Part shown: positions 48,961-61,420 of the stretch, piece after piece
Layout of the letters: each line of letters opens with the position of its first letter
Position numbering within the stretch: the stretch's first letter is position 1
From: Tubiluchus corallicola
Lineage: Eukaryota; Animalia; Priapulida
Assembly (NCBI GenBank): GCA_030141605.1
Contig: JAQGDQ010000020.1
Span: forward strand, 186,001 to 250,000
DNA length: 64,000 bases
Direction: 5' to 3'
Program-made: the position numbers and the translations under genes
Notes under the pieces: model-generated
What the model was told of the DNA's origin: nothing
The model's database searches: none
Seen by the model: only the letters and a program-made list of their open reading frames with translations

Positions 48961-49194
48961 AGTTACTACTATTTAATACAAATAACAGAATAATTATTTT
49001 AGCAAGCTAAAACTGAACTCTATGCGTTAAGTTTGCGCAGCTTCGCATAACTCTACGCTTACCTGTAATAATGTTGTGTATTATTTACGCATTTTGAGTT
49101 ATAATCCCGTGGATTAAAGCTATGCAAACACTTAAAAGTTATTAAAAACGGATCGGTCGACTAATTTTTAACACAGTTAAACACAAATAATTAA

Positions 49195-49402
49195 GTGGTG
49201 TTTACTAGACATCCGGAATGCGTATGCGTTATGCGGATGCAAAATAGATAAAATCGGTTTATATTGTTTTCAATGCACCCGTTTATCAAACTTACGTTAT
49301 GCGTTATTTTTTCCTGCAGCTATGTCCCATTGATATTTTATACGCAGGTATTCCGCATTTGGATAATGCATAACGCATTCCGGATGCTCTGTAAGCGACT
49401 CT
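49195..49402. mobile_element. Tourist/PIF-Harbinger-like MITE
   Basis: Perfect inverted core CATCCGGAATGCGT (49210-49223) / ACGCATTCCGGATG (49373-49386), extended by imperfect TIRs and flanked by TAA/TTA. Confidence 0.7.
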
Positions 49403-51935
49403 TTAGTCAGCTACTATAGTGGAATTTTTGAGTGAAGTGCAAAAGCATCGTATGCATGCCTTCGTGCTTTCCACCAACTTACGTAATTTTTTACAATACT
49501 CCCGCAGCGAGGTTTGTTTGGCGAGAGATATAAATGACTTAAATTTCTTTCGCAATTTTAAGCAACGCATTTTATGCGCCTATATTACGTCTTAATTAAG
49601 ATTTTTAGGTGTATATTAAAACACAATCTTATTCGAGAATTGGTTCTTCCTCTAAGCAAAAACTTCCATTTATTTAAGTCAACCAGGCAGTCTTTTAGTG
49701 TGTACAGCTATGCTTTCTCAATTTACGTTACAGTCACATATAATAGCCATTTAAAAGCTCCTGCAGTTTTGACCTTTAGACTTTCACCTTTTTTGCACCT
49801 TGAATGTTGTGCGGCATAAAAAACAGTGTTTGTTTGCTACTAGTTGATATTAAGTAAAATCGATGTGTGGTGTGAACTTTTGATGATACAGTTCTGTGCC
49901 TCACCAATAAGACGTAACAATTAATTGAAAACTATTCTGGGATTTTTTTATTAATTGTTTTGATTCTTATTTTAGTTGTTTAAGTTTAAAGAAATAGTTT
50001 CGCTTTTGTTAATCCATGTTAAAATTCATTGTGAAACGTGGCTTTTCACAATATACCATCGTTGTGTGAGCTTGAAGTACAATATTTTATGCCTCTGTAA
50101 GTGACACGTTTTGCCTTAAGCAAATGTTTGAATCATTATAAGTGAACGTCATTTAAAACGTTCTGCTAGAGCATGCTCAGTATGGATACCGGCAACAATG
50201 CTGCATGTGACAATGCTGCTAGTGATTATTCCATCAGTAGAAGTAATGTTCATGTACCGATGTACGAAGAGATTTCACATTCTGGCGTTCAGTTTGCTGG
50301 CATGTCGAAAAATGTGATGAGAAAGGAACCCATTAAAAAAGTATTGAGTGTTAGTGAACTTGATGCGGTAAGTTAGAAATTCCTTATATGTTAAGAGGCA
50401 CAGAGAGCTCGCCGATGCTCATAACGTTATGTGGCTATCTTTCAGCAATCGTAATAAACGTTTTAGCGTTTTACAAACAAAATGAAAATAATATTGAGCA
50501 ACCACTTTCTTTTTTCCATTTTGCTTGAATATTATCCATTCAGTACACTCCATTTTACAGTATAACATCGATCGGATTATATATAGTCAACCCAACAATA
50601 TTTATTATTAAATAAATACACAAAATTTATTGTAAACTCTGTTTGTTATCAATTTTCTTACGATTATGGGCATGAAATTATTATATTGCTTAGGTTAACA
50701 TAACTTGGGAGAATATAAACGTCTGGGCGACGCTGAAAGGTGGACGAAGTCGACATGATAGAGAAGCTGGACAATCTGACCCGGAAAAGCAAACAGAAAA
50801 AAGAGTTAAGAAGCATATTCTCCGAAATGGTATTAAAACAAAATTTAAAGACTATTTACTAGCACGACATTACATTAGTCTTTGTCACATTATTTTAATA
50901 ACTTGAGTTGGCCATTTCAATGTGCATCTAAGTTAAACAATCTGTTTATTTAAATTCCTCTAAAAGTAAATAATTTTGAGAAATATACGTTAAACTAACT
51001 AGCACAGAACGGGCTGCTTCTACAAAAGATTGAATTGTTTCTGATAGGTGTAGTCACTGGCCACCCGAATAAATTAAGATCGTGTAAGTAGAGCGCATAT
51101 AGAAACTGTAAATAATTTTTGTAATAACACGTTTTCTTCACTCTGCACCCAATTTTCGTATTTAGTTTAGCATAGCTTTGTGCTGCAGTAAAGTGATTCG
51201 AGTTCTCGCTTAGAGCTGAGGGCTTGCTTCTACTATAAGTTCCGTAGCACAAAGGATAAGGCAGCAGCACCTTCATGCTATACTCAGGAGACTGCACTGT
51301 TAATGCAGCTTGGTTTTACTTTATGCCATTTTAAATTTGAGAATGTTTTGGAAAATGCATTCCCGAGAGGTGTAGGCCTTTTATTTAGTTAATAATGAGA
51401 TTAAGTAATTCACGTTAGTCTGTTAGGAGTGCTCATCCCAACTGCATCTAGTAAATTGTTGTAAAAAGTTGTCCTGCTCGCTTGTTTATTCCAACGACAT
51501 TAATTTACAAGTTTCATTAATATGTTTTGTGAAAATTTGTTATTGCAGTTACTGGGTACGCAAAAGCCGGTACGCTGTTAGCAATTATGGGTGCCAGGTA
51601 TAAAAGCATAGTCATATTAAGAAAAATTATATTGTTGACAAAAATATTTATATTGTCAAATTGAAGGCAAAATAGATTCTATACACTCGGATCGATTTAA
51701 AAGAGTTTATTTAGCTGTAATTATTTTCCGAAATTATCATAGCCAAAATTCATGTTAAATCAGTTTTGCAATAATTATTACTTTACAAGCCGACTGGCTG
51801 ACAAGTAAGGATACGAACCAGAAGCAAGATTCATTTGTTGTTTGTTTGTTTTAGTGGTGCAGGCAAAAGTACACTTATGAACATTCTGACGCACAGGAAT
51901 ACTGAAATGTATACTGTTGAGGGTACAGTCAAAAT
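49362..51935 (+). repeat. Recent segmental duplication, copy 1 (partner about 61421 to window end)
   Basis: Upstream DNA, exons 1-4 and introns align nearly base for base with 61421-64000. Confidence 0.95.
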
Positions 51936-54900
51936 TAATGGACAGCCAATTGGTTTTGGTCCTGGCATGAGGTCCATTTCGGCATACGTTCAGCAGGAAG
52001 ATTTGTTCATTGGTACCCTAAAAGTAAAAGAACATTTGAGATTTCAGGTATTTTAATTGCACTGTCAAAAGCTTCACCACACAGAGTTTGTCTACATTTG
52101 AAACAGATTAAGGTTTTTAGTTCATTACACTTCTTTTTACAATTTAGCTTATATTACTGTCTTATATAGAGTACCAAAAGCATTTTTCAAACATTTCTTA
52201 AAAAATAAATAACAAAAATGATTAAAACAAAGTGTGGCAGTGTAGCTTGTACTAATCATTTTAGTGTACCTTGTACAACGCAAGTTATTTTTAAACAATG
52301 AAACAAACTATACCACTGCAAACAATTCAGTATCAACATAACAAAACAACAAATCAATACATTTCAGTAACACAACAACAATGCAGTGCAATACAATACA
52401 GCAATACAAAAATGTCAGGCGATACAGTATAGCGTTCAGGACAACAATGTATGCTAAACACTAGATCACTGGTCTTATGCTGTGCTGCTGTGCAAAATTG
52501 TACATCTAAAATATCTGCTGTTTTGAGTTGTAGGCTCTATTGAGGATGGACAAAGAATTCACGTATTCTCAGCGAATGAAGAAAGTCGAAGAAACTCTCA
52601 CGGAGGTAATTTGCTACACCTGTATTCGTTTTTAGGATTTTAAAATAATTTATACTAAATTTTTTCGAGCCATAATTAAATTACTCAATTCTGCCGATGA
52701 TAAAAGAGGAAAAAATAGTCAAAGAAAAAGCATAAAAAATTTTCAGAAGAATGAAAGACTTAAAAAGGAATGAAGGGAAAAGGGGGCATCGAAAAAATTA
52801 TGAAAAGAATAGAAAGAAGGAAGCAAAATCATGTGAAATAATTATTTGCCATTACAGCTTGGTTTAAAGAAATGCGAGAACACATGGATAGGCGTCCCTG
52901 GTAGAATAAAAGGTATTTCAGGAGGCGAAAGAAAGCGTCTTGCATTTGCATCTGAGGTTAGTAAGTTATACTTTGATAATGAAGAAGCATTGACTCGTTT
53001 GTATTTATTAAAATATTGCTGGCACCTTTTGTGTCTGTGCTATTACTGAAGGTTAATAATGACATGGTAGCTACTATATGTAGAATAGTTTGAAAATTTT
53101 ACCTACCCATCATTGTCATAACAATTTTTATTAAAAGACTGTTAAAATCAGTCTTACATTGTTTGAAAATAAGTTTGCTCTAACTATACCTGCAATGTTA
53201 TGGGTCTTGAATTAGCATCATAGCATTTACAAATGATCTGTAAAGAGAAAAAACATTTGTCATAATTATTTCAGCAACTATAATGAAATAAATGCCTTTT
53301 TCTAGATGCTAACAAATCCAAAATTAATGTTTTGCGATGAACCAACATCTGGTTTGGACTCCTTTATGGCACAAAACATCATATCTGTTTTGAAAGACAT
53401 GGCTTGTAAAGGGCGAACTATCCTGTGCACCATACATCAACCTTCATCTGAAGTGTATGCCATGTTCGACAGGTAAAAGTGCCGTGTATACATTTTCTAC
53501 ATGCAAAAATGTAGACTTCATGCTTCACTATCTAAATACATATATATTTTATAAACCATTTTAACAGTAATAGTGACTACGTAGTTACTTTTGGCTTCCA
53601 ATTTTTATTGCTGAGTCATTTTAAATTTAAAATATGTTTTTACCTGAAAACATTAAAAATTTGTATTTAGTTATTTAAATTTTAAACTTTTAACTTTTAA
53701 ATCTCGTATGACTTTTATGCTTTCTAAGACATATTTAACGTATTCCCTAATTTCTAGTTCTGAATGACGGTTGATAGCATTTTTAAACGCCTATGTATTT
53801 CCATTTACTTATGCTTTTTCCTGAGTATTTTTTTGTAATTTTAGGATACAGTTTTTTGCTGGTTTTAGACTTTGTTTTACTCGCTTAAAATTCCAAATTT
53901 GCCTTCTGCTAACTTACTTGGACCATAGAAACAACTGCTTGACAATGTTTTTTATGTAGGCCTATATATGTAAAAATAAATTACTATTCTCTAAATTGTA
54001 ATGCAGGATATTGTTAATGGCAGAAGGCAGGGTGGCATATTTAGGTTCAAGAAAAACTATTCATACATTTTTCAAGACGATGGATTACAAATGTCCACCA
54101 AAGTTTAATCCTGCTGATTACTATGTGCACAGTTTAGCTGTAATCCCAGAAAAGGAGGCCCAATGCAAAGACAAAGTAGAGGTACGTACGCAGCTGCAGC
54201 ATTACCTGTAGTAAAGATTTTATAATTATTTGAGCTTATAACTTCAATTGAATTTTGTTAAAACATTTTTTATTAATAATTTGTTGGGTGAATAACGGCT
54301 TTCATTAATTGTAATTTTCATTAATTAAAACTGTCTTTTCGTTTTTCTTACTTTCCAACTTGTTACTTTCAGAGAATATGTAACGCATTTGAAGTTTCCC
54401 CTCAAGGTTATCTTGTCAAACAAGTTATCATGGAGGATAATCGAAATGAACAGCTCATTGACGTAAGAAAGCAGCTGATATTAATTGGCATTGCATCTTT
54501 TAATATGTTGTTCAGTTTAGTAGCATTTATTAACAATCACTAATGTTGGATCTGTTAATATGTTATTCAGTATAGTAAGCCTCCGTTCGTGCATCTGTCC
54601 CTTTGGCTGTCCATGCTTCCGCCCGCCCGTTTGTCTGTAATTTCGTTATTGGTCTTGTGAACACTTTTCAAGCTAACCTTTTTTCAAACATGACATTCAT
54701 TTTTCATATAATATATAGGCTCATCTGTCAGTAGAGAAACGGCCCTATCGACTTTGTGCGCCCCTTATCAAAGGTCAAGGTCTCAGTTGGAAAAGTTTGT
54801 GAACACATAGCCTAAACTTTCATATTTTACGTATTCATCGACTGTCAACAGGGGAAGAATCTTATGGGTTTTGAGGCCTTAAGATCAAAAGTCAGTGTCA

Positions 54901-57900
54901 TAGGATACACTACTTGAAAAAGGTTGCGGACTCATTCTAAGTCTAAAAAATTAATGCAATGCATTCGACTTTCACATGTGGGCCACCCATCAATAGGAGA
55001 AGAACCTTATCGCTTTTGGAGCCCCAGGGTTAAAAGTCTGAGTCACAGGAACCAATACGGAATAATACTGTTGTCAGGGGATGTTCCGCTTTGTGGTGTG
55101 CTTTGTTGATATTTGTAGTAAATGCAATTTTGTAATATCTTGTTATGTATTACAAATAACGCTTAACCAAGACAGCTGTTTTCAGCAGTTTCATTGCAAT
55201 TATTTATACATGCATTTTTTCAGTTCGGTGAATTGCTGGCTCATCGTTCTGCGTAAGTAACCTCTGTTCATTAAATACAATCCAGTAACTATATTTTAAT
55301 TATTTAGTAATAATACAAAAGATTGCAGTTTATGAGTTTTTATTAAATTAGTTTTAGCTACTTTTTGCGTAAAAAATTGTTGAAAATACCACTGGAAACA
55401 AGAATACAAAAACTGAAAAACCAGACTTCCAAATTCAAAATGCATCTGAACTCCTTGCTGCTAGCATTTTTGTTGTCACGATTATTGTGGTTGTACTTTG
55501 TGACGCATTTGCGATAAGTACCTGCACAAGTGAATGAGTGCCGTCATTTAAATTTCAATTTCACTAATTTAACTTGAGGTTTTCCTTATCAAGTATTGCC
55601 AAACAATCACAGATATTTTTTCATCTTTTCCTTTTCAGACTCACGTATACTTTAATGTAGAAAATCAAGTAGCCAATTATAACCAGCACACGTAATTCTT
55701 ATTGTAAGTGGTTTAGCAATTACAAGCCTAAAAGTCTGTCGCCTGCGAATTACAGTTAACCAAACATTTTAGCGTATGTTTCATTTAGGTATAAAGCAAG
55801 TTGGATAAAGCAGTTTATCACTCTAACACACAGAGCATTAATCAGCGTGATTCGAGATCCAATGGCAATAAAAGTGAGAACTTTTCAAACAATGGTAAGT
55901 AGAAATCAGACTTAACTAACTAAAAGCTATGTGAATATGATGCGAAAAATATTGTATACGAGAGGTTTATTAGTGCAAAACATCTGATGCTTTTTTCAAC
56001 TCTTTTCAGTTTTCACAAATTTTTATTTTGTAGGTGATTGGTATAATACTTGGAATTGTCTACCTGCAGCAGGAAATGAATCAAGAAGCTGTGCAAAACA
56101 TCACTGGCGTCCTGTTTCTTCTAATTATAAATATGACTATGCAGAACTTATTTTCAGTAGTTCACGTAAGGGAAAACTGTAAAAATCCCATCTACACGAA
56201 CTGCTTCAATAACTGCAGCATCACCGTTGCTGAATCCGTAATACGGAACGGGGTGTTGTTACGTCACAAAACAGCAAAGCTCTAAAATACTTCAGTAAAA
56301 TGCTTTATCTAATGAAGTTAGAATCGTAATCTGGTTCATTATCAAGAATAATTATCTAAAAGGAGACATTGAACTGGCAGAAATTCTTGGCTTCATTCAG
56401 ACACATCCTTGCTCAATGGGGTAAAAAGCTAAGATCAGTGTGGTAGACGAAACCACCCAAGACACTTTTTTCAGCAGAAGCTGAGCATCGCTGTTAGGTA
56501 TAGCCTTGTATCACACTTCAAAGAAAATCTTTTTGATCGAAGCTTCGATTGATGTCTTCACAAACCTGGCTTGAGCAGTCATGCACAATCGAACCTGCAA
56601 ATCAATTTAGGCATATTTAAGGTTAATGATCCCACTCGAATTTCTGATCGTATTACAAAAAACATTTATTTACCGGCTTCCTTTACTTTACTCCCAGCCT
56701 GGTGGATGTATATATATATATATATATATCACTGGATGTATCACTAAAATACTTCTTGTATGCAATTTTTGCATAAGGATAATTTCCATGAAAGTTTAAG
56801 AGAATTTGGAAGTTTGGGTTAAGCTGAAATCACGCACATTCATTTTGTAAATAATGTAGCTTGAAAATTTTTATTACTAGGCCGATGTTTTTACTCCAGT
56901 TATTAAAATATATGTACTTTTAGTTGTTTCTGCTTGCAGGTGTTTTGTGAAGAGTGTGTCATTTTCCTGAGGGAGCACTTTAATGGTTGCTATAGGTTGG
57001 ACACATATTTCCTCAGCAAAATGCTGGCAGAGGTAGGGGCTGTATATTATATACACTGATGAAATTAGTGATAAGAGTTATTTAAAGCAAGTAAGTGATA
57101 CTGGATAAATGTTTTTAATTTAATGCAGAATTATTGCAAAGCTGCATACGTAATTAAGGTGTGACGTAATACAGACTTAATTATAAATCTGAAATTCTGC
57201 AACATCAGTTTTCGATGCTGCAAGGTTTTAGGAAAAAAGGAAGAAATATTACATACTTATGGGGAAATATTTAATCTCGTTAAGAAATAGTAATATGAAA
57301 TATCACACAGAGAAACTAAAACTCCATATTAGGCATTTAGTGGTTTTGAGATATAATAGTGTAATCTTTCAAATTATTGTATCATTCAACTACCATTGTT
57401 CTTTCAGCTACCATTTTTCATCCTGTTGCCATTTCTGTTTACGCTTATAGACTATTTTATGGTGGGTAAGTAATAATGGATCCTTATCCCGCATTTTTAT
57501 TTTGTAGTGAGCTTTTTATTTTAAACTTTGATGTATGTTTTACTTATTGAGTAGTTTTCTGTGTTTTTTCAGGTTTATATCCTTCAGCGTCGCACTTTTT
57601 TGTTTGCGCAGGAATTCTCATTTTAATAGCTAATGTAGCAGCGTCATTCGGTAAGCTTACGATCACACAAGATATTCTAATTTTGTAATTTTTTTCAACA
57701 ATTTCTGTGAGCATCTATGTCATATTTTGGTCCAGGGAGCCATATTTTGGTTCAGTAAGCGCCATGCAGAAATATGGCATCAGTATCAATTAAAGTATAA
57801 AATAAAAGTCTGTTGCTGATAATTTTAAGAGCAAGAAGGTACAAAAGCGAAATCTCTAGCACAATTTGCAAAAAGACATTAAAATAAACAATTGAACAAG

Positions 57901-59846
57901 CTTATTTTAACAATAGTATAAATTATGTGCGACAATTAACACTGCTCAGCAATTACATATTATTTGCACATGCTTTAGCAAAGTGAGGGACGAATAGTAT
58001 AATGTTGTACTAACAATAGATGAAGTTCGCATGTACCATGCAGTAAATGAAATCTGCTGTGTTTGCCAGATGCCTAAGACGAGGCGAATGTTTTTGTGTG
58101 GCAGCTCACATTTTTGCAGAAATAGTATGGGAGAGAATATAACATACTGTTATACTGTTGTACTAACAATAACATGAAATTCGCATATACCAGGCAGGCA
58201 GTAAAAGGAGCCTGCTGTGTTTGCCAAATGTTCCAGACAAGGTGAATATCTTTGTGTGGCAGCTCACGCTTTTACACAAACAATTCATTTTATAATTAAG
58301 ATAATAAATTATGTAACAGGTAATTCTGCCCTAATTGATGAGCAACAGACATTACAGTAGCTTTGATTAGGTCTCTTTTTAAACCAGCCTGTTTTAAGAA
58401 GTAGTAGTATTATTTGCATGGCTTATGTTTCTGTTTGTAGGCAAAGGTTACTTAACACTTTAATTTGAATGACCTTGATTAACTTTGATTGGCAAGATTT
58501 CTTTGCATCAACTCATCGTTTTTTTCATTTCCTTTCCAGGTTATATGATGTCTTGCTTCTCCTCCAATCCGGAGATTGTAATGGCTGCTGCTGCGCCATT
58601 TCTTATGCCAATGATGCTGTTTGGTGGTCTATTGCTGAATGTGGAGTAAGTTAAATTTACCAAACAACAATAGTTGCAAGGTATTAATATTATTATGTAG
58701 GTGCTCTATTTAATGACAGGGCTTTGCCTGCTCACTATCACTGTTCAAGAACGTGTAGATAGAATTAGCTGGCTAAGCAGATGGCAGAAAATTAATTTGA
58801 GGACTGAGTCAGATATTAAATTGAGAGTAAAACCAGGAACGCAGGCGAAAAATTTTTCAACGTGGACTTCAAGACTTTTTTGTGCGTTATTCAGGGGCAT
58901 GCGGCAAGACCACTTGCTATCATGAACGATTTTTTTCACGTTTGGGTTCACATTGATGATGACAAAAGGCATTGCCGAATTATCTGAATTATAATATGAA
59001 TGTGTATTTCCAGGTCGATTCCTGTATATTTTATATGGCTTGAATATCTCAGCTGGTTTAAATACGGGAATGAGGCTCTGAACATCAACCAATGGAAAGA
59101 TGTTACAGAAATATGCAAGTATTTGTGCTGGGGGTAGCATATAAATGTTCCATCAATAAATTCTGTTAATCACAGTTTAGTGCAATTTGGCATATTTTAT
59201 TATTCGAAATTTTTCTGTGTAGACAATTTATCAACTTAGGCTTATCTTAATACTGTGAATTATTAAAATATTATATGGAATTTTCATTACATGTTTAATT
59301 TATAGCATGTGAAAATGGCAATGAAACTCAGCGGCCTTGCATACATGATGGGACAGCTGTGCTTCACCAGTTCAACTTTAAAGAGGTATCTTAACAGAAA
59401 TCGTTTCTGTGTATGTCAAAACACAGCAGTTTTATTTACAAGAAAACTGTTTGAATTGGATGAGAGTGGTGATACACGCTAACAGAATTTTCAGGTTTTA
59501 TGAATTTCATGACCCTCATTATTTTAAGAAGCCAGACTCAAAAGAGTCTGACACAGTCTTTTAAGAGTGTGACACAAAATTCTCAGGAAGAAATTTTTGA
59601 CATTTTCCTATGGTATAAGCTTGAGCTAACAACTGTGATCTAGTTTTGAGATTTGTATGAGAACATTTTTGCTGTAATCCAATTTTTGGACTCCTTATTT
59701 TCCTTAAATAATATAGTTATATTGTTTTTATTTGTCTTTTTCAGGATAATATGTACCAGAACGTTGGCTTGTTATTCGTTCTGATGGCTGGATACAGGCT
59801 TTTGGGTTTCATCATTCTTTCATTTCGAACACGCAATAAAGGCTAG
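50182..59846 (+). CDS. white: White-family ABCG half-transporter, copy B (19 exons, 683 aa)
   Basis: Exons 50182-50367, 50694-50829, 51549-51597, 51855-52047, 52534-52605, 52858-52956, 53306-53472, 54007-54181, 54373-54462, 55224-55252, 55789-55894, 56034-56165, 56940-57032, 57408-57465, 57573-57650, 58540-58645, 59014-59114 (GC donor), 59306-59385, 59745-59846. Intron positions and motifs are the same as copy A. An extra in-frame ATG at 50173 is not conserved in copy C. The symbol is family-level. Confidence 0.92.
52300..52440. repeat. Degenerate (AATAC/AACAC)n pentamer repeat
   Basis: 5-bp periodicity visible in intron 4 of copy B. Confidence 0.65.
54575..55110 (+). mobile_element. Helentron-associated (HINE/DINE-1-like) non-autonomous element
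   Basis: 5' GTCY-like microsatellite (ccgttcgt..ctgtcc..ccgcccgcccgtttgtctgt), three degenerate core repeats of about 120-140 bp ending in AAAGGTCAAGGTC / AAAAGTCAGTGTCA / AAAAGTCTGAGTCA, and a 3' GGGG-led stem-like end followed by TTGTT. Confidence 0.6.
58003..58280. repeat. Two-copy tandem duplication (period about 155 bp) in intron 15 of copy B
   Basis: TGTTGTACTAACAATA..TTCGCAT..CTGCTGTGTTTGCCA..TTTGTGTGGCAGCTCAC at 58003-58122 and 58157-58280. Confidence 0.85.
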
Positions 59847-61420
59847 GTTGATGACATGATGCCAGAAATAGATGCATTTAAAGTGCAAAATTAAAGTCTA
59901 TGCTTATCTTGTTTTGAAGCTTTTCCAATCCGAAGTTAATTATCTACACTTAAATTTAGTATTTCTTTGTTAAAATTCTAAATCAGTAATGTAGGCCTAA
60001 ATCCAACAAACTCAATGTTTTGCATTTAGTTTTTTCTTTACCGTGGATATGTAATAGGTTTTTACAGTGGCAGTTTATAAAGCCGAAATGCTCAAATTCA
60101 ATTCAACCTTAAAATAATATATTGATTTAACATATATCGTAATCACATTAATTTTGAAATACAATATATAATCAATAAAGTAAAAAAATAATTACGCGAA
60201 AATGATCACTGTTTTTAAAAAAGATAATGAAGGGAGACCTAAGAAGCTATGGCTTATGGCAGGACACCCATACATGCTACATAATATTAAGATGTTATAC
60301 AATGTTAAAATCTAAAGGATTTAAATGATTAAATAGTCTGATATGTTTAACACATGTTCAACGCTTTGGGTTCTTTCAGTATTTATGCGATTCTTTGCAA
60401 AAATATTATAATATGTATAAATGATTGTAGGCTACTGTTGTTTGCAGTGTGTCAATAAAAGCTTCCCAACTTTCTAGTATTTTTTTATAACATATCGTCA
60501 TTGTCTGTATATTATGTCTGACATTGTGATTTTTTTATTGTCTAAACAACCGAATGAAATAAATGAATAGAAATACAAAAGAAAGAGCTTAAAGGCAAGG
60601 AGAAAAAAGTGAAAGAAAAATTGACAATAACAGTTAGAAAGTGTTTAACAGAAAAACAAATACAAAGAGAACAGAAAGAGAGGGAGAGAGGAAAGAGAGG
60701 GAGAAAGAGAGAGAATACTATAGCACAAGGCGCACGATGGTCTTGAAACTATTATTACCGATGGTAGAATAAGCAGTATAAAATATTCTGTATGCATGTT
60801 ATGCAAGGAACAGGATACACTGCATATAAAAACCCATGACACGTCCGCATTACTCTTTTGGCTTAACGACGTCAATGGTCAAAGCGTGATTATGGTGCTT
60901 TATATATTATGTGCATTTAATATTTGTTCTATTGTTCTGTGCTGAGTCAACGTACGCTACAGTGAGCTGTGTAAGTAGACTTACTTTTCAAAATAAGTTA
61001 TGGCAGACACTGTTACAAGTGGTCACACATTTATGCTTACCAAGCCTACTGGTTTAAAGTTAAGATTAAAAAATTTACTGCTTTAATTCTAGTTCGAATA
61101 AATTTAAATCCTATGTAAGCCTACGCAAAAATTAATTTGAGGGTTTACAAATAACAACATAGGTTTCACGTTGACGGACTCATTTACGTCGTTGCTTACA
61201 TTAAACACGCGTAACCGAAATTATATCAGCCGGGAACTGTATAATGTTCTTTTACAGATTTTATTGACAAAGCTTAAATATCTCTTGCTATCTGTTGTTT
61301 CTTCACATAAAGGTTTACCTGTCCTGTTCTATCGATTTTTCCATTTAATTTTTTTGTCTTTGAGACAAGGCGAAGCAGAAACAAACCAGCAGAAAATTCG
61401 TCTGGGAATAACCAGTTGGA

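Noticed and set aside
49574-49819. 81-aa ORFs upstream of copies B and C (and 46369-46641) sharing FRLSPF
   Set aside because: Many B/C differences change the amino acid; better explained as duplicated non-coding DNA.
50995-51297. 100-aa minus-strand ORF repeated at 63015-63362 inside ABCG intron 2
   Set aside because: Conservation only reflects the recent duplication; the stop position differs between copies and there is no recognisable domain.
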